Notes under the pieces: generated by a model | Seen by the model: only the letters and a program-made list of their open reading frames with translations | Database searches by the model: none | Told to the model about the DNA's origin: nothing | DNA from: Neoechinorhynchus agilis | Taxonomy: Eukaryota > Animalia > Acanthocephala | Reading direction: 5' to 3' | NCBI GenBank assembly: GCA_051530055.1 | Contig: CM121341.1 | Coordinates: 4,442,784-4,506,783, forward strand | DNA: 64,000 nt | Program-made: the position numbers and the translations under genes | Shown here: one piece after another, positions 54,314 through 64,000 of the stretch | Position numbering within the stretch: the stretch's first letter is position 1 | Layout: the number at the start of each line of letters is the position of its first letter

Positions 54314-57300
54314 TCACTCAATCAATTCTCCACGCTTCCCTAGTCTTACCGAATATTTCATTCGATCACTGGAAGATTTATGAATTGCGTCGAAGTTGCT
54401 TTCGTTTTTGACTCGATATATCCTAACAATCCAATGTTCGGAAGTGAAAACTTCTTCCAAATATTTCAACTTGATTTGTTTTCGCCCAATTTCAGCTTGT
54501 CGGTTCTGATCATATCCTGGAGGAAGACGCATCGATTGTCGTACGTCTCCGAATCTATAATAACTTAACGAGTACATGAGAGAATTTAGAAGAGCGGGGG
54601 CACCGCCGGCGTCAACTCTAAACTCCCCACGTTCCGTAAAATAATCCGTTTCTCGAATCTCATCGGGAAACTCGCCTTCTGCGATGCGTACCATCCATAG
54701 AAACTTGTTAAGATCATCTCCAGAATATCCAATAAGTCCACCAAAGATCACCAACACATAATCAACGTCATGTTGTCTTAGAATTCGAATGGCTTTACTC
54801 TCGGGTGAAGACATGGCCTTGCCAACCATCGCAATGTGCGTATTGTTCCATGTATTGTTGTCCACGAGAGTGGTCCGGTTACCAAGACCCGCTATCTGGT
54901 ATCCATAATCCCACCAGCTCATTATCCTTGCGTCCGGAGCTGTGTTTCGGCTTAACCACCAGTAACCTTCACGGTAGTCGTCAATAATATGCCGAGATCC
55001 ATCTGAACCATAAGTGCTTATTGATAGAATACGCCTTTGAGGAGAATATTTGTTGGGAAAATTTGAGGGAAGAAATAAATCAGTGATCAATTTAAATCGT
55101 TAGAGATCAAAGCAAAACTAAGATCCAAGTTTGTAGAAGTTTTGACTTTTCTTAGTTTCTCTCTCTAACGATTTAAATTCACCACTGATTTATTTCCGAT
55201 ACTTCAATCATTAGCAAAATTTGAGGGAAGACATAAATCAGTGGTGAATTTAAATCGTTAGAGAAAGGCAAAACTAAAAAAAGTCAACATTTTTACCAAT
55301 TTGGATCTTAGTTTTGCTTTGATCTCTAACGATTTAAATTCATCACTGATTTATTGCTTCCCTCAAATTTTCCCAACTATTAAAGTATCCCAGACGTGAA
55401 ATATCGGAAATAAATCAGTGGTGAATTTAAATCGTTAGAGAAAGGCAAAACTAAGATCCAAATTGGTAAAAATATTGACTTTTTTTAGTTTCTCTCTCTA
55501 ACGATTTAAATTCACCACTGATTTATTTCCGATACTTCAATCATTAGCAAAATTTGAGGGAAGACATAAATCAGTGGTGAATTTATATCGTTAGAGAAAA
55601 GCAAAACTAAGATCCAAATTGGTAAAAATATTGACTTTTCTTAGTTTTGCAGTGATCTCTAACGATTTAAATTCACCACTGATTTATTTCTTCCCTCGAA
55701 TTTTCTCAACTATTGAAGTATCGGAAATAAATCAGTGATGAATTTAACTCATTTTTAGAGAAGAACTGTCATGGAACCACCATAGTGTTTGTCGTGAATC
55801 ACCGCAGTCCGTCGGTCGAGCCTTTGGATGCTCCAACGGACTCATTCGACGGAGACAAACAAATGTGTCCTTTTTTTAGGAATCATCTATAAAAATCGAT
55901 TTCTAAAAAAAGGATAGACTCGAGAAACAATAGGTCCCTGTGTGTGTTAGGCGTAATTCAGTCGTGTAAGATAATACTTGGACTTGAATAGGCGTGACTG
56001 GAGATCCAAGTACAATGCATAAAGAAGGGTCCGACTAAAACAACGAGGACTCCAATGACAAAGAACTTGAAATTGGCATCATCTTCAGTTCGTTTGGTTT
56101 TTTTATCTTCGGTTCGAATGGCGATATAACCTCGGATGAGTCGACTGAGTGCATAAGCTGCGAGGACGCAAACGACTGGAGTGAGTGTGAGCATGAGCCT
56201 GACCATGACACCGGCGAAATAGGAAGCGAAAAGTGCGTAAAGGACGATGAATACACGATGGTCATTGGAATCTCGGATGGCGAACCAAACTCCGGCCGGA
56301 AAAAGGCAGATGAGTACATGTAGATCGAAGTAGAACGAAGTCCACGTTGTTGGTTGATGTTCGGAGACGGACGTGATGATGGGAATGTGGATCTTTGCGT
56401 ATCCGGTGTCCCATAAAGAATAGAATCGACCGGACCAAGGAGCTATGACACCGGCATAAGTGAGTGAGACGACTAAAACGAAAACGACGCCGGCACATGC
56501 TCCCAATGAAAGAAGGAAAAGTCGTTGAACGAGCTTCTGACGTTCTTGTCGTTTAAGTGCGATTTCTTTGATCCACACTAAGAGTTGGTAGGCTTGGATG
56601 AGTCCGAAAGTACCAAGAGCTGCCATGTGCTCGCTTGTTCTGACTGGCTGGAAACCAACAAACGGGATTTGCATGCTTAGCAGTGTCCCGAGAACAAAGA
56701 AAACACTATAAGATCGGTATAGACCAATGGTTCCCAATGTAGTCCAGGTATTCGGGCAAAAAAGTTTTTATTAGCTCAAAAATTACATGATTTATTTGCC
56801 AAATTTAACGAAAGTTGTTTAAATTTTAATTATGTAGAAAAAAATCGTGTACAAAAACTTGGAAGAGCAGAATGTTCTAAAATTTAGAAAATCTTTCGAT
56901 ATTACAGCTATTCGTACTCGGATATTGCCAACTGGTTGTTGAACACTTTTGCGTGTAAACAAACTCAAATCCCAAATAAAGATGAATCAATACTCATCCA
57001 AGAGTTGCTTGCTGAAAAACTGAAACAAGTTTTTAGAACAAAAAATTGTGAATCTCCCGTTTTCGTATTTTTCTAACGGAAAGTGAATTCAGTGGCGTTA
57101 TGGACCTTATAAAAAACGAAGGATCAATGGTAATGCTCGTGGGGATTTACATTTGCTGCTCATTGATCCGGACATGAATACCCTTATCCCATCCAATTCA
57201 TGCAAGTCGTTAAAATTGGGATTTGTTTTAAACGAAGGTTTTTAAATTACGAATTTAGTGGGTTTTTATAAAAAACAGGAAGGATCCATGGACACTTTTT

Positions 57301-60300
57301 TAACTTGAAAAAGGGTCACAGGGCCAAAAAAAGTGTTTTGAAACCACTGGTCTACTCATTGGAGACGAAGGTGCAAATGTGCAGATCCATAAATGGAAAG
57401 AAAGTGTCAGCATCGCCAAATCTGATGCTTTAATGAACCTCCAGATCGTATTTTATAGAAGAATTATTCTTCTGATCGACGAATAAAAAATCGGAGCCTG
57501 TATAAAGACTACTTTCAACGAAATGCAAAAAAATTGAAAGTTCCATTAAAGCTCTGGGTCTTCGTTTTCCTTTGAGGATACCAAAAGGAGAAAAATTGCA
57601 AATGTAAAAGGATCAGTTCGTCTTTGGGTTTAACTTTTTCACCCTTTTGATGGTTCTTTTTATGCCTGAAAAATGTTCAGTGGGCGAAAAAAGTGTAGCT
57701 CTGATTCTTCGCTCCCCCCCCAATGGCCACAACAACGACAAATTCAATCGAAAACAAAGCGACCCGTCGTTTTAAAAGGATTTGGACCAGTTTTAAAGAC
57801 TATTTTCAACGAAATGCAAAAGTAGGAAGTTCCATTAAAGCTCTAATTCTTCGTTTCCCCAGGATGTTTGAGAAGACAAAAGACCCAACTGTTTTGATGG
57901 TTCTTTTTTCTGCCTCCAAAATGCTCCCTGGGCGAAAAAAGTGTAGCTCTGATTCTTCGTTCCCCCCGATGGCCACAACAACGACAAATTCAATCGAAAA
58001 CAAAGCGACCCGTCGTTTTAAAAGGATTTGGACCAGTTTTAAAGACTATTTTCAACGAAATGCAAAAGTAGGAAGTTCCATTAAAGCTCTAATTCTTCGT
58101 TTCAGGATGTTTGAGAAGACAAAAGACCCAACTGTTTTGATGGTTCTTTTTTCTGCCTCCAAAATGCTCCCTGGGCGAAAAAAGTGTAGCTCTGATTCTT
58201 CGTTCCCCCCGATGGCCACAACAACGACAAATTCAATCGAAAACAAAGCGACCCGTCGTTTTAAAAGGATTTGGACCAGTTTTAAAGACTATTTTCAACG
58301 AAATGCAAAAGTAGGAAGTTCCATTAAAGCTCTAATTCTTCGTTTCCCCAGGATGTTTGAGAAGACAAAAGACCCAACTGTTTTGATGGTTCTTTTTTCT
58401 GCCTCCAAAATGCTCCCTGGGCGAAAAAAGTGTAGCTCTGATTCTTCGTTCCCCCCGATGGCCACAACAACGACAAATTCAATCGAAAACAAAGCGACCC
58501 GTCGTTTTAAAAGGATTTGGACCAGTTTTAAAGACTATTTTCAACGAAATGCAAAAGTAGGAAGTTCCATTAAAGCTCTAATTCTTCGTTTCCCCAGGAT
58601 GTTTGAGAAGACAAAAGACCCAACTGTTTTGATGGTTCTTTTTTCTGCCTCCAAAATGCTCCCTGGGCGAAAAAAGTGTAGCTCTGATTCTTCGTTCCCC
58701 CCGATGGCCACAACAACGACAAATTCAATCGAAAACAAAGCGACCCGTCGTTTTAAAAGGATTTGGACCAGTTTTAAAGACTATTTTCAACGAAATGCAA
58801 AAGTAGGAAGTTCCATTAAAGCTCTAATTCTTCGTTTCCCCAGGATGTTTGAGAAGACAAAAGACCCAACTGTTTTGATGGTTCTTTTCTGCCTCCAAAA
58901 TGCTCCCTGGGCGAAAAAAGTGTAGCTCTGATTCTTCGTTCCCCCCGATGGCCACAACAACGACAAATTCAATCGAAACAAAGCGACCCGTCGTTTTAAA
59001 AGGATTTGGACCAGTTTTAAAGACTATTTTCAACGAAATGCAAAAGTAGGAAGTTCCATTAAAGCTCTAGTTCTTCGTTTCCCCAGATGTTTGAGAAGAC
59101 AAAAGACCCAACTGTTTTGATGGTTCTTTTTTCTGCCTCCAAAATGCTCCCTGGGGAAAAAAGTGTAGCTCTGATTCTTCGTTCCCCCCGATGGCCACAA
59201 CAACGACAAATTCAATCGAAAACAAAGCGACCCGTCGTTTTAAAAGGATTTGGACCAGTTTTAAAGACTATTTTCAACGAAATGCAAAAGTAGGAAGTTC
59301 CATTAAAGCTCTAATTCTTCGTTTCCCCAGGATGTTTGAGAAGACAAAAGACCCATGCTTTGATGGTTCTTTTTTCTGCCTGAAAAATGTTCCCTGGGCG
59401 AAAAAAGTGTAGCTCTGATTCTTCGTTCCCCGATGGCCACAACAACGACAAATTCAATCGAAAACAAAGCGACCCGTCGTTTTAAAAGGATTTGGACCAG
59501 TTTTAAAGACTATTTTCAACGAAATGCAAAAGTAGGAAGTTCCATTAAAGCTCTAATTCTTCGTTTCCCCGATGTTTGAGAAGAAAAGACCCAACTGTTT
59601 TGATGGTTCTTTTTCTGCCTCCAAAATGCTCCCTGGGCGAAAAAAGTGTAGCTCTGATTCTTCGTTCCCCCCGATGGCCACAACAACGACAAATTCAATC
59701 GAAAACAAAGCGACCCGTCGTTTTAAAAGGATTTGGACCAGTTTTAAAGACTATTTTCAACGAAATGCAAAAGTAGGAAGTTCCATTAAAGCTCTAATTC
59801 TTCGTTTCCCCAGGATGTTTGAGAAGACAAAAGACCCAACTGTTTTGATGGTTCTTTTTTCTGCCTCCAAAATGTTCCCTGGGCGAAAAAAGTGTAGCTC
59901 TGATTCTTCGCTCTCCCCCCGATGGCCACAACAACGACAAATTCAATCGAAAACAAAGCGACCCTCGTTTTAAAAGGATTTGGACCAGTTTTAAAGACTA
60001 TTTTCAACGAAATGCAAAAGTAGGAAGTTCCATTAAAGCTCTAATTCTTCGTTTCCCCAGGATGTTTGAGAAGACAAAAGACCCAACTGTTTTGATGGTT
60101 CTTTTTTCTGCCTCCAAAATGTTCCCTGGGCGAAAAAAGTGTAGCTCTGATTCTTCGTTCCCCCCGATGGCCACAACAACGACAAATTCAATCGAAAACA
60201 AAGCGACCCTCGTTTTTAAAAGGATTTGGACCAGTTTTAAAGACTATTTTCAACGAAATGCAAAAGTAGGAAGTTCCATTAAAGCTCTAATTCTTCGTTT

Positions 60301-61663
60301 CCCCAGGATGTTTGAGAAGACAAAAGACCCAACTGTTTTGATGGTTCTTTCTGCCTCCAAAATGCTCCCTGGGCGAAAAAAGTGTAGCTCTGATTCTTCG
60401 TTCCCCCCGATGGCCACAACAACGACAAATTCAATCGAAAACAAAGCGACCCGTCGTTTTAAAAGGATTTGGACCAGTTTTAAAGACTATTTTCAACGAA
60501 ATGCAAAAGTAGGAAGTTCCATTAAAGCTCTAATTCTTCGTTTCCCCAGATGTTTGAGAAGACAAAAGACCCAACTGTTTTGATGGTTCTTTTTTCTGCC
60601 TCCAAAATGTTCCCTGGGCGAAAAAAGTGTAGCTCTGATTCTTCGTTCCCCCCGATGGCCACAACAACGACAAATTCAATCGAAAACAAAGCGACCCGTC
60701 GTTTTTAAAAGGATTTGGACCAGTTTTAAAGACTATTTTCAACGAAATGCAAAAGTAGGAAGTTCCATTAAAGCTCTGGGTCTTCGTTTTCCTTTGAGGA
60801 TACCAAAATGGAAAATTGCAAGTAGAAAAGGGTCAGTTAGTCTTTGGATTTAATTTTTCACCCTTTTGATGGTTCTTTTTTCTGCCTGAAAAAGATCGAT
60901 AATTTGGGAATCATTGGTATAGACGATTAGTGTAGCGGCCCATTAGAATGAGAACGAAGGCATGTAGAGGAATCATGTTGATAATGAACACGTATCCTCC
61001 CCATGCTGAGACCATGTAAGCATAGGACAAAGACGTTAGGACGGCATAGAGTATCCGGCCGGTTTTGAGAGACTTTATCCACAGAAAAAAGGTGAACATC
61101 ATAGCGAATATGGCGATTCCTTCGTTATCGTAGCTTCCGGCGACCGATCTACTCAAGTATCCCGGCGCAACCGCGACGAACAAGGCTGCAAGGAGACCGC
61201 TGGACTGGTCAAACAATTCGTTCGTTAGTAGATAAGTGGCCACGGCTGTAAGTCCGCTGAACACGGGTGCCAGAAACACGCAGATTTCTCGAATATGGAG
61301 CGGAATCCCAATCAAGTGGGATATCGAGTGAAGAAGCGATGACGTCAGCATTAGACCTGGGAACACAGTTCCGCCGACTATTCTTCCCAGCGGATACCAT
61401 GCCCTTTCGTCGAACCAATCGACAAAAGGATAGAATCCCCGTTCAACCATAAATCGAGTAGAACGGTAATTAAACCAAGGATCGTACTCATGGATGATAC
61501 TCTCGAATCGAAGTACGCTGAATAATCGAATTCCAAATCCAAGAAAACATATGAGGACAAGAGATGCGATTCGAAGCAAGTTTTGGGATTCTTGCGATGA
61601 TACCAAACACAGAAGTCGGCCATGTAATGATTTCCGCTCTGAGATCGATTCCATTGATCGCAT
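54314..61663 (-). CDS. STT3B: Oligosaccharyltransferase catalytic subunit, STT3B-type, in three open segments (60917-61663, 55967-56724, 54314-55020)
   Basis: [58 protein letters not shown]; no stops or frameshifts within the segments. Confidence 0.93.
55021..55966. mobile_element. 946-bp TA-flanked insertion with degenerate TIRs and internal palindromic modules, inside STT3B coding sequence
   Basis: TA at 55019-55020 and 55967-55968; ends ttgatagaatacgcct / aggcgtaattcagtcgtg. Confidence 0.8.
56725..60916. mobile_element. 4192-bp non-autonomous hAT-like element carrying a satellite, inside STT3B coding sequence
   Basis: TIR caatggttcccaa / ttgggaatcattg (12/13 match); perfect 8-bp TSD gtatagac at 56717-56724 and 60917-60924. 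Confidence 0.93.
57500..60895. repeat. Tandem array, about 245-bp unit, 13 near-identical copies plus degenerate edges
   Basis: atggccacaacaacgac recurs at 57723, 57969, 58212, ... 60654. Confidence 0.97.
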
Positions 61664-61761
61664 TTGTGTGTGTTTTAGGATTTAAACAGATTTTTTGTCG
61701 CACTCGATCCGGAAGAATTTTAAGAAATGTGACGTCATTCTAGAAACCTTTTGTTTCAGTT

Positions 61762-61836
61762 AGGCAATGTTGCTAACGTGATAGCAACAGCCGAGGAAGG
61801 AGAGAAGTTAAGATTCTGCGGACGGTGGTGATTGCA
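61762..61836 (+). mobile_element. Very short 3'-end fragment of the CRE subfamily at 49530
   Basis: ggcaatgttgctaacgtgatagcaacagccgagg...ggtggtgattg matches the reverse complement of about 49534-49605. Confidence 0.8.
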
Positions 61837-61848
61837 CGTTTTGTACTT

Positions 61849-61880
61849 TATTATTAGATTATATTATTATTATTATTATT
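61849..61880. repeat. (ATT)n microsatellite between two tail-to-tail CRE 3' ends
   Basis: ttattattagattatattattattattattatt. Confidence 0.8.
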
Positions 61881-62086
61881 TCGCGCCTCATACAACATAC
61901 GCACAATCAATCTCTTAATTCCTCTTTCTTGCTTGATCTAATGTCTCGGGCCCAAGATGGCTGTGAGTTGTGGGACGATCTCTTAAATCATTATTAGATT
62001 GCAGCTGTGTTTTGAAAAAAATAGCGGTGTTTGATTCAGAAATTTTTTTTAAATAATAAGCATTTTTTTTAAAAAGTTAACTTATA

Positions 62087-64000
62087 TTATTCTGAATTGT
62101 CCTTCACCGTCCCCAAGACACTCGCTGCGTTTCCTCGCTGGATAGCCAAGGATATGTTCTGTACTAGGAACGAGCGAGCCCTCCTGTCATTGGTCGAGTT
62201 GATCAGTCGATGCCCCAGTTCGAGAACAAAACTCCTCGCCGCACGTTTGAAAGCTCCTAAGGTTTCCACTGCGAAGGGGACAAAATGATGAGAATTCGTA
62301 AAATCAGCGTATTTTGCAACCTTACGGAGCTCAGCTGCTGATGCGGCTCCCCCAGCCCCGGAGGATGCATCTCGCAGATTGCTGGCTGCAAGGGAGTCGA
62401 CGCATGTTGCGTCCCATAGGAGACATCTCCCCCTGCTCCAAGGAAAAACGGTAACTCCATCCGGCCTACGCCCATCGATCCTGCAGATGTTGCTAGGCTC
62501 GAGGATATTCGGAGAGTTAGCCGTTTTCAAAGCGCGGCTCAGCAATGCGTTTATTTCGGCGTGTCTAGCAAAACGGCCACTTGAGCATTTACAGGCTAAT
62601 CCGTGCCTGCCCGAGGGGTCAACTTCCGTCCCGCATCGGCAGGTGTGAGGGATACAAACCGGGAGCCCGAGCCTCAGAGACACTGCGATTCTGAGAGCCT
62701 CGCCGTCTAATCTCGAACCGAGATTTGCTGATGGTACAGCTTTCAACCAGGCGCCGGACTCTTTGCAGGAAACTGCAGTTAATCGCGTTCTATCCACGTC
62801 GGAGAGCGAGTCAAAAAGTGAGGTGTGAACACGCTCCACTAACGGAATGTCCCACGATTTCTGTTTTTCCGGGAGGTCTGGAATCTTGTCGAGGTTAGAC
62901 AGGGACATCCAAAGATGAAGAGCGGGCTCCAGGCTGATGTCCTCCTCAAAATTATGTTTCAAAATCAATCTGGAAAGGCGCTTGGACCTACTAAGAGACG
63001 ATAGAAAGGCTGGAAGCGCAATGGCTGAGCTGGCACGAATACCGATCCCTCCGTAGCTTGTGGGCAAAGATGCCTGGGTCCAGCCAGTGTCGGGGAGCTT
63101 AATATTAAGGATCTTGCATAGACCATCCCTTAAAGAACCATCAATCTCTCTCAATTCGGGCTGACATTGAAAGGAAGGGGTTGACCGCAGTTTATGGAGG
63201 ATGCGTGGAATGAAGATGCAATTTTTTAAAAGGAAGAGAGCATCGTGAGGGAAAAGTTCAGAGGCCCTTGAACAGATGAGATCAATGGAAGGTCTGATTT
63301 TCCTGATATCAGCCTGCATATTCTCCTCGAGAACGCAGCTTCCCAGCAGTTCTAAGCTGGACTTGGTGATAAGTCGGATATTAGGTGCGGCCTTTTCAAA
63401 CTCTCTCAAAATTTGTGCGCGTTCCTCGTCCCCACAATTCAAAACCAAAATTTCGCACTTGCTTGGGTTCAGTTTGAGGCCAATTTTTTTACATTCTTCT
63501 AAAAGAACCGTTAAATCTTGTAGGACTTCAGACGGGGAACCTCCTAGAGTAGCGTCATCCAGATACCAGGCGTTGAATGGTGATCGAAGAGATTGCGCCA
63601 GATTGTTTGTCGTCAGAGCAAAACCTAAAGGCCCCAGAGGGTCCCCTTGCTGCACACCCGATTGAGACCAGATTAGTTCATTATTATATACGAGCGGGGT
63701 GTGAGAGCAATATGCTGACTGAAAGTAGGGGAGAAGCTCTGGAATAGTGTTTCCGACTGCTGAAATTAAGATGCCTCGATCGATAGTGTTGAAGGCATTT
63801 GCGAAATCGCACTTCAGGATTACCTGAACGCCTGTACCAGAATTAATAAAAGAACGCAGCGCGTGGACTATAGCTTCTGCTCCACAAGGAGAGCAACATC
63901 CGAACTGGACGGGCCTAAGGATCTGGCCTGCTTTTTCCGCGACCCTTTTTGACAGAATCTTTCCGGTGAGACGGCGAAGGGTAGTTCCGATTGCTATGGG
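62087..64000 (-). mobile_element. CRE-type (RLE) non-LTR retrotransposon with an open ORF extending beyond the window
   Basis: Frame open from 64000 to the stop at 62087: DFANAFN, QQGDPLG, WYLDDA, QASLP..YGGIG, HTCRCG..HGLAC, RPDG, WDAT, FAVETLG. Confidence 0.93.

Noticed and set aside
57723-58925. 400-aa ORF and other ORFs within the 245-bp array
   Set aside because: Produced by a 246-bp (3n) stop-free unit; later units break the frame; no recognisable domain; lies inside a TIR/TSD-bounded element.

Overview
AT-rich, gene-dense eukaryotic DNA, probably animal (E2F4/5-type gene, MED15-type KIX genes, CR1/L2-like, RTE and CRE-type retroelements); I cannot name the taxon. Recognisable genes: an alkaline-phosphatase-superfamily enzyme, an interrupted GT25-like glycosyltransferase, two long coiled-coil ORFs, an ABCC4/MRP-type transporter, two MED15-like paralogs, E2F, an EF-hand protein, Misato/DML1, GNPDA, an RluA/RPUSD pseudouridine synthase, tRNA-Ala(AGC), a calmodulin-like gene and STT3B. 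Most introns are short (about 30-55 nt) canonical GT-AG. The window also holds tandem arrays of five unit families (286, 485, 488 twice, 231 and about 245 bp), several MITE/foldback elements and many non-LTR fragments, one with an open ORF. The main signal: otherwise intact conserved genes (STT3B twice, ABCC4, the GT25-like gene up to four times, possibly the AP and RPUSD genes) are interrupted inside coding sequence by 35-4200 nt segments. Their ends base-pair (TIR or hairpin), they are often flanked by short direct repeats, and most cannot be removed in frame by GT-AG splicing, yet exact removal restores the conserved protein alignment. Three other gaps start with a GT that is itself one arm of an inverted repeat. 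This suggests transposon-derived non-canonical introns or DNA-level excision, but only transcript or read data can separate that from disrupted alleles or assembly error. All exon joins were worked out by hand, and protein comparisons are from memory of the families, not database searches.
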